Assembly (NCBI GenBank): GCA_963662285.2
Contig: CAXXMV010000002.1
Location: 1,376,001 to 1,440,000, forward strand
Reading direction: 5' to 3'
Length of the DNA: 64,000 nt
Source: a bacterium
GTDB lineage: Bacteria; Hinthialibacterota; Hinthialibacteria; Hinthialibacterales; Hinthialibacteraceae
Shown: piece by piece, positions 28,007 to 37,732 of the stretch
How positions within the stretch are numbered: the stretch's first letter is position 1
Layout of the letters: every line of letters begins with the position of its first letter
Position numbers and translations under genes: made by a program
Notes under the pieces: generated by a model
Databases searched by the model: none
The model's input: the letters and a program-made list of their open reading frames with translations, nothing else
What the model was told of the DNA's origin: nothing

Positions 28007-29641
28007 ATGGATTTTTTTTCCTACCTCAAAAAGAATTCCGATGCATTTCAAATAAAATTATTGTTTGCCTATAGTCTGGTTGGATTATTAAATTTCATCA
28101 TACTCTCCTTGATCATGTATTCCATGAATGAAGGGCAAAACAATAACCACTATATCAATTTTGCTTTTCTGTGCATCAGTATTGCATTATTCGTCTATTT
28201 TCAAAAATACACCTTAGATCAAACCACTATCATCTTTGAAAACATCATAACCAAGGTTCGAATCCGTCTGGCGGATATGATTCGCAAAGCCAATTTAACC
28301 AATTTTGATAAAGTGGGAACTTTGCGTTATCGAACTCTGCTTACTCAAGAGACTACCAATATATCCAATGCGGCCAAAATGCTGACCAAAATGGTCACCT
28401 CGGCAACGGTCGTAATTATTGCCTGCATTTACATTGGTTATTTATCATTACCGAGTTTATTGTTAATCGCGATATTCCTCTCATATGGAATCTTTCAATA
28501 TATCCAGAACATCAACGAGTATCAGGAAAAAGCGGAAATCGCCATCCATAAGGAACATTATTTTTTTGATTTGATGAATCATTATTTTCGGGGATTCAAG
28601 GAACTGAAAGTCGATGAATCCAAGAATAGCGATTTATTCGGCGGTTATCTGGAACCCAATGCAGAAGAGACCCAGGCTCTTAAGCAGGATGCTTCAGAAC
28701 AATTAAACAAAACGATTATTTTTGCACAGGTTTTCTTTTATATTCTGATAGGCGTGATCATCTTTTTGCTGCCTAAATTGGTTTTTATTAACTCAACAGC
28801 GCTAATTCAAATTGCCATCATTACCCTTTTTATAACTAGCGGACCGCTAGCTGAATTGGTGAATGGATTACCTTTTCTAGAGCGCGCCAATTTGGCAATC
28901 CGTCGGCTGGAATCTATCGAAAAAGAACTGGCTAGCCAGGGAAACGACGAGGTTTTTGCTGAAGAGCAGAGCGAACTTACGCCGGATTTTCAATCTTTAC
29001 AATTCGAGGATATTGGTTTTAAGTATGAGACGACTGATGAAAATTCATCCTTTCAGATCGGGCCAGTCAACTTCACGGTAAACCGTGGAGAGATTATTTT
29101 TATCATGGGTGGGAATGGTTCGGGTAAATCCACGTTATTGAAAGTCTTAACTGGCTTGTATAAGGCAACTAAGGGTAAGATTCTATGGAATTCAAATTCA
29201 GTCGGCCCCGCAAACCTGCAAGACTATCAATCAAATTTCAGCGTCATTTTTCAGGATTACCACCTGTTCAACCGGGTGTATGGACAAAATGAGATCGATA
29301 TGGATCGGGTGAAACAGCTGCTGGTTGAAATGAATTTACATGATAAAACCAGAATTCTCAAAGATGGATCAATCACTCATACCGATTTGTCATCCGGCCA
29401 AAAAAAGAGACTGGCATTGGTTTTAGCTGAACTGGAAGATAGAGAAATCTTTATATTTGATGAATGGGCGGCGGATCAAGATCCCGTATTTCGTAAGTAC
29501 TTTTATGAGAAATACTTAAAGAAATTAGTGCAACGAGGAAAAACAGTTATTGCAGTTAGTCATGATGACCATTATTATGATGTAGCAGACCGGATATATC
29601 AAATGGATTATGGAACACTGAAAAAATTTGAATCCCGATAA
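28007..29641 (+). CDS. Cyclic peptide export ABC transporter (SyrD/PvdE/YojI family)
   Basis: TM domain with GFKELK; GGNGSGKST, LSSGQKKRLAL, family-typical DEWAADQDP.FR..FY, SHDD.Y. Confidence 0.92.
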   Translation: MDFFSYLKKNSDAFQIKLLFAYSLVGLLNFIILSLIMYSMNEGQNNNHYINFAFLCISIALFVYFQKYTLDQTTIIFENIITKVRIRLADMIRKANLTNFDKVGTLRYRTLLTQETTNISNAAKMLTKMVTSATVVIIACIYIGYLSLPSLLLIAIFLSYGIFQYIQNINEYQEKAEIAIHKEHYFFDLMNHYFRGFKELKVDESKNSDLFGGYLEPNAEETQALKQDASEQLNKTIIFAQVFFYILIGVIIFLLPKLVFINSTALIQIAIITLFITSGPLAELVNGLPFLERANLAIRRLESIEKELASQGNDEVFAEEQSELTPDFQSLQFEDIGFKYETTDENSSFQIGPVNFTVNRGEIIFIMGGNGSGKSTLLKVLTGLYKATKGKILWNSNSVGPANLQDYQSNFSVIFQDYHLFNRVYGQNEIDMDRVKQLLVEMNLHDKTRILKDGSITHTDLSSGQKKRLALVLAELEDREIFIFDEWAADQDPVFRKYFYEKYLKKLVQRGKTVIAVSHDDHYYDVADRIYQMDYGTLKKFESR

Positions 29642-30709
29642 ATGAGCGCAATGAAACAAGACAAAAGCAAAAAATCCTCCCGATTCAGAAATAGTCGATT
29701 TTATCCACTATGGAAAAAATGGCGGCTTCGCTTGGAAATAGTTCTTTTTCTATTGGTTATCATAGTTGTATTTTGCTGGGACAAGATTTTTATCACCATT
29801 CATTCAGGTGAACTGGGGGTTCATTTCCGTCGATTCAGTGGGACGGTCTTGGATAAACCACCTTTGGCGGAAGGTCTTCATATTATTTTTCCTCTGGATA
29901 TAGTGGAAATTTATGATGTCAGGCAGCAGGAATATAATCATACCTTCAATGTCCTGGCCAATGATGGATTGCATGTTGAGGTGGATGTATCCATACGTTA
30001 CCACCCCAGCCGTGAGAAAACCGACTTGAATTATCTTCATGTTCATTTGGGACCAGATTATCTGGATCGCGTCATTATACCAGAAGTGGAATCTGCGCTC
30101 CGCTTTGTTATAGGTAAATACGATCCGGAAGAGTTATATCATGCCGAATATGGCATGTTGGATGCGGCTCTAAATGAATCATTACTGCAATTGAAAGAGA
30201 ATTATATTGTTCTCGACGATTTGTTAATCAAGCAAGTCATTCTGCCAGAATTTGTTCAGAAAGCAATTGAAGAAAAACTTACTGAATTTCACAATGCCGA
30301 AAAATATAAATATCTTTTGAAGCAAGCCGAGGAAGAGGCTAAACGAAAAGTCATCCTGGCCACTGGTATCCGTGATTTTCAAGATATAGTTTCGGAAGGG
30401 ATTTCCCCTGAGTTGTTAAGATGGCGAGGTATTGAAGCTACCCTGGAACTGGCCAAATCTAACAACGCCAAAATTGTCATTATCGGCAGCGCTGAAGATG
30501 GATTGCCGCTAATATTGAATACCGGCGATATGGCTAATCCGGTTCCTTCTGTAACCAGTGCATTTGAATTTGAGCATAACGCATCATCCCTGATACCCGG
30601 CGCCAGTGGAACAGTTCCTGCAGAAGGCGTCAGCAGCGCTTTGAATCTTGGGGAAGGATTACAAGGTTTAGATGCAGCCAATCTTTTAAGAGATAATCAA
30701 AAACAATAG
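29642..30709 (+). CDS. SPFH/band 7 (prohibitin-like) membrane protein
   Basis: N-terminal TM; I.SGE.GV.FRRF.G, EGLH..FP, DGL.V.VD.SIRY.P, LP..V..AIE.K, LL.W.GIEAT..LA.S.NAKIV.IG....GLP.IL. Confidence 0.9.
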   Translation: MSAMKQDKSKKSSRFRNSRFYPLWKKWRLRLEIVLFLLVIIVVFCWDKIFITIHSGELGVHFRRFSGTVLDKPPLAEGLHIIFPLDIVEIYDVRQQEYNHTFNVLANDGLHVEVDVSIRYHPSREKTDLNYLHVHLGPDYLDRVIIPEVESALRFVIGKYDPEELYHAEYGMLDAALNESLLQLKENYIVLDDLLIKQVILPEFVQKAIEEKLTEFHNAEKYKYLLKQAEEEAKRKVILATGIRDFQDIVSEGISPELLRWRGIEATLELAKSNNAKIVIIGSAEDGLPLILNTGDMANPVPSVTSAFEFEHNASSLIPGASGTVPAEGVSSALNLGEGLQGLDAANLLRDNQKQ

Positions 30710-30762
30710 TCCTACCAACTTCTAAGCGCCTGGCATACTAACATTCATATTGGAGTTTTCCG

Positions 30763-32178
30763 ATGAAACGCGTCTCTTTTTGTAAATTAATATCAATTTG
30801 GATGTTTCTTCTTGTCATAATCTGGCCGGTTAATGCTTCTGCAGAGGAGAAAACAGAAATTCTGCGATTGAATATTTTTGAACGATATTATAAATATATG
30901 ATGCCGCATTTTCAGGATTTTATTGATATCACCAATAAGAAATACGGTATAATTCTAGATGTAACTACTGTAATAACAACCGATTCTGATAGTTTATACT
31001 ATGCAACAAAAAATAAAGACATAGATATTATCGTTCTCTCCATGAATAATTTAAGAAGCGAGAATTATCCTTACATCGCCAATAAATTAGTGATCCCTAT
31101 AGATATAGAAAAAATCCCCAATTATCAAAATATTAATCCATTGTTTCAGGAAAAACCACAAATTATGGATGAAGGTTACCATTACGGCCTTCCTATTTTT
31201 GCGGGTTTACATTCTCTGGCATATAATGCAGATATTGTCAATGAAGAGCCAGACAGCTGGTCAGTGCTTTGGGATAAAGACAACGCTAAAAAATATTCCA
31301 TTTGCTCTAACTATCCAGAAGGTAATATTTTCATAACCGCACTGGCATTAGGGTCAAAAGCGCAAGATCTAAGCGATTATAATTCTTTAATCCACCAGAT
31401 ACCATTAAATACATTGAGAACCAAACTCAATCAGCTTACATCGAATGTATATTCATATTATCCGGTTTATCCTTCGCTGGGTGAAATGAAACACCTCTCT
31501 TATACAACTACATGGGGACTCAGGGTTCTAGAAGCGCAGAAGCAAGGAATGAACTGGAAAACAGTGTATCCCAAAGAAGGGTGCAAGGGATGGCTGGATA
31601 TTCTCGCCATCACATCCGCAGTCACCCCGAACAGCAGGAAATATGATATCTGTCTTGATTTTTTCAACTATTTCCTGAGGAATGAGTTACAGGTAAAATG
31701 CACCGAAAACGGGGATCTTATTCCAGTTACGTATAATGCAACAACACACGACAGCAGCCAATATAGTTTTAGTGAAGATTATTTCGTATCAGCATTCCAT
31801 AGTGAGGAGATTGAAACGGATACCATGCGGCTTATTGATGCGCTATGGAAATATGCCATGACTCAGAAATCTACGAGTATTATTTTCAAAGATAAATATG
31901 AAGATAGTGAGATTATGGGTACTGAAGGAGATGATAATGATCTGGATTTTATCCATGCAGGTTCTTATTATAAACGCGGAAAAAAGATTGCCGAAGAACG
32001 ACGCCGGATAAGGTCTCAAAAAGCAAGCGCATTGCCAATAACGCTTCCTATTGACTTGAAATTACTACTGGTTGAACACTCCATCAAGACGGGATATACC
32101 AAACAGGAAATCATTATCAAAGCCCTTGAAGAATACATGGCCAAATATGCGCTGGTCAAACAAGCGCCTGCCAAATAA
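30763..32178 (+). CDS. PotD-like extracellular solute-binding protein with a C-terminal ribbon-helix-helix-like extension
   Basis: Signal peptide; ID.EKIPNY.NI.P, YGLP...G...LAYN, PDSW..LWD, PKEG..GW.D; tail ALPITLPIDLKLLLVEHSIKTGYTKQEIIIKALEEYM. Confidence 0.75.
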   Translation: MKRVSFCKLISIWMFLLVIIWPVNASAEEKTEILRLNIFERYYKYMMPHFQDFIDITNKKYGIILDVTTVITTDSDSLYYATKNKDIDIIVLSMNNLRSENYPYIANKLVIPIDIEKIPNYQNINPLFQEKPQIMDEGYHYGLPIFAGLHSLAYNADIVNEEPDSWSVLWDKDNAKKYSICSNYPEGNIFITALALGSKAQDLSDYNSLIHQIPLNTLRTKLNQLTSNVYSYYPVYPSLGEMKHLSYTTTWGLRVLEAQKQGMNWKTVYPKEGCKGWLDILAITSAVTPNSRKYDICLDFFNYFLRNELQVKCTENGDLIPVTYNATTHDSSQYSFSEDYFVSAFHSEEIETDTMRLIDALWKYAMTQKSTSIIFKDKYEDSEIMGTEGDDNDLDFIHAGSYYKRGKKIAEERRRIRSQKASALPITLPIDLKLLLVEHSIKTGYTKQEIIIKALEEYMAKYALVKQAPAK

Positions 32179-32193
32179 GCGGATTTGATAATG

Positions 32194-32838
32194 TTACTCA
32201 GGAATTGTTTTTCTGATGATTTTGATGTTCTGTTCAATTGAATCTGAAGCTACATAGCAGGAATAAGCGTCTGAAACAGGCAATGCATTCAGAAACCACT
32301 TTTTTTCTTCCAATAGGGCGGTGGTTTCATCCACCCAGGTCAGACTGGCGAGCGGCGCTGACATGCCGCGTCCATCGGCTTTGATAACACTCTCTTTTTT
32401 TGTCCAGTATTCAAAAAAGGTATTGCATGAATCAGTACTATTTTGAATATTGCTCCACTCATCTTTAGACATGAATGATTGAAAATCTTCATATTCAATC
32501 GGCCTGATTTGTTCTATATCAATTCCCAGGCTATTAGTATTACTGATTGCGCAAACCACCTGATTGCCTGAATGCGAAATGTTAAAATCTATTTCATCAT
32601 TCAAATAGGGACGTCCATAGGATGTTCGTTGGATATTGAAAAAATCCTGTTGACTTAATCCTATTTCCAGGAATCCCTGCAAGAGAAGATGTTGACCATA
32701 TAGGCCCGCATAGCGGTCTTTCCAGAAATGATATCGCAGTATTTTATCCTGAGTTTCGATAGGTAAGCATCGAAGAGAGTCATGCCATATATGATCTGGT
32801 ATATGATCCGGGAATGAACTATAGAAAACCGTAATCAT
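32194..32838 (-). CDS. Sfp-type 4'-phosphopantetheinyl transferase
   Basis: YGRPYL, FNISHSG, GIDIE, WTKKES.IKADG.G. Confidence 0.92.
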   Translation of the reverse strand: MITVFYSSFPDHIPDHIWHDSLRCLPIETQDKILRYHFWKDRYAGLYGQHLLLQGFLEIGLSQQDFFNIQRTSYGRPYLNDEIDFNISHSGNQVVCAISNTNSLGIDIEQIRPIEYEDFQSFMSKDEWSNIQNSTDSCNTFFEYWTKKESVIKADGRGMSAPLASLTWVDETTALLEEKKWFLNALPVSDAYSCYVASDSIEQNIKIIRKTIPE

Positions 32839-32843
32839 GATTT

Positions 32844-33497
32844 CTAATCTTTATCATGAGTCTTTTTAATTTTAGCGGAAATCAGCAATCCCTCTTCAAA
32901 CAAAGTTTTATAATGCTTGCGGACTTTGAAAGTATTGAAATCCAGGAAAGTTCCACCAGAGTCGAAATGTTGGATAAAAACTTTCCCTGTGGCGAATGTA
33001 AATGCAGCGGAAGTGAAGGGAAGGGCGGTTAAATAAGTCAATGCGCCAATTACCGGGACAAAAATAAAAGCCATCCTGACCAGTAAAATTGAAAGATAAA
33101 GAGGTCCGACCCCGCTCATTAAAGATGCGATAATTATTTTAGCTTTTTGATTAGAAAACGGGACATCATAGAGTTCAGCCAGTTGTTTTAGCGTGCTGGC
33201 TTGAAATCCAGCCATGCCGACAATATCCAGCAAGGGAATGGGGATTACTCCAATACCCATCGACCACAGCATGTTTTTCTTTACAATATTCAGGGCTTGC
33301 GTCTCACGTTTTGCAAAATCGATCTTTTCGCCAGCCTCAACAGGCGCTATATCCTCATCTTTGGCGGCATCTTTGGTAATATCTTTGGCATTATCTTTTA
33401 CTAATTGATCATCGGTTTCAACTGATGGGGTAAGAATGGCATTGGCGTCTTCCTCATCTGCGATTTGACAAAAGTTTTTCAAGTTACTTCGAGCCAT
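32844..33497 (-). CDS. DUF697 (YcjF-like) domain protein, paralog 2
   Basis: IVKKN.LWSMG.G.IP.P..D......Q...[11 protein letters not shown]; [21 protein letters not shown]; start overlaps the parA stop. Confidence 0.8.
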   Translation of the reverse strand: MARSNLKNFCQIADEEDANAILTPSVETDDQLVKDNAKDITKDAAKDEDIAPVEAGEKIDFAKRETQALNIVKKNMLWSMGIGVIPIPLLDIVGMAGFQASTLKQLAELYDVPFSNQKAKIIIASLMSGVGPLYLSILLVRMAFIFVPVIGALTYLTALPFTSAAFTFATGKVFIQHFDSGGTFLDFNTFKVRKHYKTLFEEGLLISAKIKKTHDKD

Positions 33498-34131
33498 ATA
33501 TCACCTCCTCAATTAGATTACCTACTATTTTGATTTCTTCATAGGCAATTGATGCGGGATAAGCGTGACCTATCCAATCTCCTAAGCCGAAACAATCGAC
33601 AAAAGCGCTGCGCTGCCCCACGCCGGGGCTGATGGGTTCATTAAAGCCTTGCAATGCATCAGAAATTTCTTTACCAAATGAGGTCCTTCGATCTACCCGG
33701 CTGGGAACCAATAAGCACTGCGGTTGTCCATTGCGGATAGCGCGAGTTTTTTGCATCAATGCAATGGCTTTGGAAGTGGCGACGAAATCCGCTCCGGATG
33801 GCGTGACTGGAATAAGGAACAAATCACAGATGATCAAAGACGCTTCAGTGGCTTCATTGGTATGGGGTGGGAGGTCAATGATCAAGAGATCGGCAGTAAG
33901 ATTTTTGGCGTAGCGTATGAATTGCTCTGCATCACTTTGATTCTCAACCGGAAAAGTTTGTAAATGAATGGGGAGTTTACCACTTTTACACCAATCGGTC
34001 GCAGTTTTTTGTTCGTCCAAATCCAATAGAATAACCGACTTACCCCGTGAGGCCAATTCGCAAGCAATATTCACAGCGATTGTGGTTTTCCCGACACCGC
34101 CTTTTTTATTGCCAACGGCTATGCATTTCAT
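33484..34131 (-). CDS. Short ParA/MinD-family ATPase (ParF/McdA size class, no N-terminal HTH)
   Basis: Deviant Walker [28 protein letters not shown]; about 215 aa. Confidence 0.9.
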   Translation of the reverse strand: MKCIAVGNKKGGVGKTTIAVNIACELASRGKSVILLDLDEQKTATDWCKSGKLPIHLQTFPVENQSDAEQFIRYAKNLTADLLIIDLPPHTNEATEASLIICDLFLIPVTPSGADFVATSKAIALMQKTRAIRNGQPQCLLVPSRVDRRTSFGKEISDALQGFNEPISPGVGQRSAFVDCFGLGDWIGHAYPASIAYEEIKIVGNLIEEVIYGSK

Positions 34132-34256
34132 GCAGTTCATTTCCTTTCCGGGCAAGCGTTTCTATTGTTTTATTGTTGATATTATCTAGAATAAGTCAAG
34201 CGAACTGTATACTTGTAACGCAACTCTTATCAAAAATCACTTTTACAAAAAATTAT

Positions 34257-36128
34257 ATGTGTGGAATATCTGGAATCTTCTCTTTCATTAATAAAAAACC
34301 GATAGAACAACCCATTCTGGAAAAAATGACCAGTCAGTTGGTGCATCGCGGACCGGATCAATCAGGGTATTATTGCAAACATGGCGTTGGCTTTGGTTTT
34401 AGACGTTTATCCATTATTGACCTGGAGAATGGGAATCAACCCCATTTCAATGAAGATCACACCATCTATTCGATATGTAATGGAGAGATTTACAATTATA
34501 AAGAACTGCGTACGCAGCTAGAATCAAAAGGTCACCGCTTCCGTTCGCATTGCGATGTTGAAATTCTGGTGCATTTGTATGAAGAATACCGGGAAGATTT
34601 TGTTAAACACCTCAACGGCCAATTTGCTTTTGCGCTTTATGATCAAAATCAAGACCGTCTTCTTCTAGCCCGCGACCCGATTGGCATCGCTCCGCTTTTT
34701 TATACTGTAGCCAATCAGCAACTGATTTTCGCCTCTGAAATAAAAGCAATCTTACAGCATCCGGCGGTTAAGAGAGAAGTGAATTTAACCGGCCTGGATC
34801 AAATCATGACGTTCCCCGGCCTGATAAGCCCGTGTACGATGTTTAAGGATATCTACTCGCTGCCGGCAGGACATGATCTTCGCATCCAAAATGGCGCTAT
34901 AGAGGATCATGAATACTGGGATCTGCAATACCCGGAAATAAATGACATTGGCCCGGTTCTTGAGGAATCGTCCTATCTCGCCTTATTGGAAGAGCATCTT
35001 TCGCAAGCGGTTCGCTACCGCCTTAATGCTGATGTTCCAGTCGGTTTTTATTTAAGCGGCGGGCTGGATTCAAGTTTGATCGCCTCTCTGATCCACCAAC
35101 TGCAACCGGATGTGAAACGTCATTCATTCTCGATAACTTTCACGGATAAGAATATCAGTGAACGGCAATATCAACAGATGATGGTTGATCAATTGCAATC
35201 AATCCACCATGAGCGGGAATTTGCATCCGAAGAGATTATCAACCGCTTGCAGGCGGCCATCTGGTATGCGGAATGTCCCCTGAAAGAGTCATATAACACC
35301 TGCTCGCTGGCGTTATCGAGCCTTGTTAAGCAGAATAATCTCAAAGTTGTTTTAACTGGCGAGGGAGCGGATGAATTGTTCGGCGGTTATGTCGGATACC
35401 GCTTTGATGAAACGCGGGATTCCAGTGATTACGATCTATACGATGTTCAAACCATGCTGGAACAGGAAACCAGAGAGTCGTTGTGGGGCGACCCGGATTT
35501 CTTTTATGAGCGTGATTACCATGAATTAAAGGATACTAAAACATCCCTCTATTCGCCTGATTTAGCATTAGGCTATTCATCTTTTGAAGCAGACAAGCAT
35601 TTTGTGATTGATAAAACCAAGATCAAGAACCGTCACCCATTTCATCAAAGATCTTACATTGATTTTAAGTTACGCATCGCCGATCACCTGGTTGCGGATC
35701 ATGGAGATCGCGTGGCATACGCCAATTCGGTTGAAGCCCGCTATCCGTTTCTGGATCACAAGTTCATCGAGGCGGTTCGTTTTATTCCACCTCAAATGAT
35801 GATCCAAAACGCTACGGAAAAATATCTTTTACGCCAATACGCCAGCCGGTATCTTCCCCGTCAAATTCTAGACCGGGAGAAATTCGGTTTTGTGGCGCCC
35901 AGCAGTTCATATTTTCTGAAGAACAAAGTTGAATGGGTCAACGATTTGCTCTCACCGGAAACCATAGCCCGCCAGGGTTATTTCAATGTTGATACGGTGG
36001 AACGTTTGAAAAACATGTATACCGAAGATGGAATGACCATCAACACAACCTTTGAGACGGATTGGTTGATGATTATTCTCACCTTCGGTATTTTTCTTGA
36101 CGCCTTTGATATGCCTTCATGCACCTAG
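34257..36128 (+). CDS. asnB: Asparagine synthetase-like glutamine amidotransferase (BGC-associated)
   Basis: Ntn start MCGI, HRGPD, RRLSIIDL, NGEIYNY, LSGGLDSS, TGEGADELFGGY, SVEARYPFLD. Confidence 0.9.
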   Translation: MCGISGIFSFINKKPIEQPILEKMTSQLVHRGPDQSGYYCKHGVGFGFRRLSIIDLENGNQPHFNEDHTIYSICNGEIYNYKELRTQLESKGHRFRSHCDVEILVHLYEEYREDFVKHLNGQFAFALYDQNQDRLLLARDPIGIAPLFYTVANQQLIFASEIKAILQHPAVKREVNLTGLDQIMTFPGLISPCTMFKDIYSLPAGHDLRIQNGAIEDHEYWDLQYPEINDIGPVLEESSYLALLEEHLSQAVRYRLNADVPVGFYLSGGLDSSLIASLIHQLQPDVKRHSFSITFTDKNISERQYQQMMVDQLQSIHHEREFASEEIINRLQAAIWYAECPLKESYNTCSLALSSLVKQNNLKVVLTGEGADELFGGYVGYRFDETRDSSDYDLYDVQTMLEQETRESLWGDPDFFYERDYHELKDTKTSLYSPDLALGYSSFEADKHFVIDKTKIKNRHPFHQRSYIDFKLRIADHLVADHGDRVAYANSVEARYPFLDHKFIEAVRFIPPQMMIQNATEKYLLRQYASRYLPRQILDREKFGFVAPSSSYFLKNKVEWVNDLLSPETIARQGYFNVDTVERLKNMYTEDGMTINTTFETDWLMIILTFGIFLDAFDMPSCT

Positions 36129-36135
36129 ATCAACT

Positions 36136-37710
36136 TTAGAATGTTTCCCAGTTGGGTATTACGGTTGGTCCATAGGAACCTGTTGTGAATGACCATACGG
36201 GGCCTTGGACGCGACCTTTGGCGTCTGATACAGCATCCACTTTCCAATAATAAGTGGTGTTTTCATTCAAGGTATTAATGGTATATGATCTATCCGTGGT
36301 GGTATAATCGGCTGTTTCTGACATGCTTACGGTGTTATAATCCGTGCCGATCATGATTTCATACTTGTCGCCGTAGATTGTTCCGGCCTGCCATTTCAAA
36401 TCAATTATATTGCCTACCAGGAATTCTACATTGGCGCTTTGCGAAACTGGCGTGGGATAGTTAACCGGATAATCAATCACCATAGGAGTGATGGTATCCA
36501 GAATTTCAACTTCGGTTTCTCCATCCATAGTGTTCAGGCAGATAACGACAAAGGTTTCATCATCATAGAAATAATAGAGCAGGTCTTTATAACCATTGAT
36601 AGCGCCGCCATGACCCCGGCAATCGCCATAGGGCCGTTGACTCTGCATTAAACCGCCAACGCCATATTCCATGTTCATCCAATGGATATCAGCAGATACG
36701 TAATTCATCCATTTTTTACGGATTCCCTTGTTAATGATTATGTCTTCAGTAAAAATGGCCTTCAAAAAGCGCATCAGATCCCAGGGAGTTGAAATAATCG
36801 CTCCTGCCGCCCATGCGAAGGATGGATTTAAGATTGTAACATCGTTCCAGTTATCCAATGTTCCAGTGGGTTCAAAAAGAAGATTGTTTTTTGTGTACCC
36901 ACGCATCATGCGATCAGGAATCTGTTCATCAACAGCAAAATGGGAATCCTGCATATCTAATTTGTCAAAAATACGGTTTTTAATTTCGTCCTCGATCTTA
37001 TTGCCTGTGACTTTCTCAATAATCATTCCCAGGATCATATAATTGGTATTTACATACCACCATTTAGGCTCTGGCGTTGCTTCATCGGCAGGTATTTCAA
37101 ACAATGCTGTTTGATAAGGATTCGGATATGTCGCTCCGTATTCAAAATACTCCAATTGATTCGTGCCTTCATTGGCAAATTGCAAAAGTTGAGATGGCTG
37201 CCAAGCATATAAGGGATTTGTATTAACAGTTTCCTGAAGCGACTTATTTTCCAGATACCCAGGTAAACCGGATGTCATTTGCAGCAAATCCTTAATTGTT
37301 ATTACATCGGCGCTTATTTCCAATTTTACTTCGCCTGTCAAATATTTATCAACCGTATCATCAAAGCGAATTAAGCCTTCTGATTCCATTTGAAGAATCA
37401 CCATAGCAGTGAACATCTTTGAAACGCTGCCAACCCTGAATTGAGCATCCGGCGTTGGAGGCGCCAAGGTATCAAGATTAGCCATGCCGGATAATCCGAC
37501 CCGCACTCCCCATTCCGGAGAATGCACAATCATAATAGCTCCCGGCGTCTTATCATCGTTGGTGAATTCATCCAGCTTATCCTGCCAGGTTTCCGGGAAG
37601 GCCTCATATTCAAGATCATTCGACGCGGAAAAAACAGGATGCAGCCCCATAGTTAACAAAGATAAAAATAAGGTAAGACATAAAGCGTTTCTACTGAGTA
37701 ACCTATACAT
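36136..37710 (-). CDS. Secreted serine hydrolase (beta-lactamase class C / D-Ala-D-Ala peptidase family) with C-terminal FN3-like domain
   Basis: Signal peptide; FRVGSVSK (SxxK), LLQMTSGL, YVNTNY (YxN), GHGG...GY; C-terminal TTYYWKVDAV......GPVWSFTT; RBS AGGAG before ATG 37710. Confidence 0.88.
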   Translation of the reverse strand: MYRLLSRNALCLTLFLSLLTMGLHPVFSASNDLEYEAFPETWQDKLDEFTNDDKTPGAIMIVHSPEWGVRVGLSGMANLDTLAPPTPDAQFRVGSVSKMFTAMVILQMESEGLIRFDDTVDKYLTGEVKLEISADVITIKDLLQMTSGLPGYLENKSLQETVNTNPLYAWQPSQLLQFANEGTNQLEYFEYGATYPNPYQTALFEIPADEATPEPKWWYVNTNYMILGMIIEKVTGNKIEDEIKNRIFDKLDMQDSHFAVDEQIPDRMMRGYTKNNLLFEPTGTLDNWNDVTILNPSFAWAAGAIISTPWDLMRFLKAIFTEDIIINKGIRKKWMNYVSADIHWMNMEYGVGGLMQSQRPYGDCRGHGGAINGYKDLLYYFYDDETFVVICLNTMDGETEVEILDTITPMVIDYPVNYPTPVSQSANVEFLVGNIIDLKWQAGTIYGDKYEIMIGTDYNTVSMSETADYTTTDRSYTINTLNENTTYYWKVDAVSDAKGRVQGPVWSFTTGSYGPTVIPNWETF

Positions 37711-37732
37711 ATTTCTCTCTCCTGTTCTTACA

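Noticed and set aside
30763-32178. Complete polyamine ABC importer (potABCD)
   Set aside because: No permease or importer ATPase is adjacent; only an orphan binding protein
33484-34131. Chromosomal ParABS or plasmid replicon
   Set aside because: No parB, rep gene or canonical parS palindrome seen; the window carries gatB and metG, consistent with ordinary chromosome
34047-34256. 70-aa N-terminal extension of AsnB
   Set aside because: Ntn amidotransferases need Cys at position 2, so the start is MCGI at 34257; the extension overlaps parA
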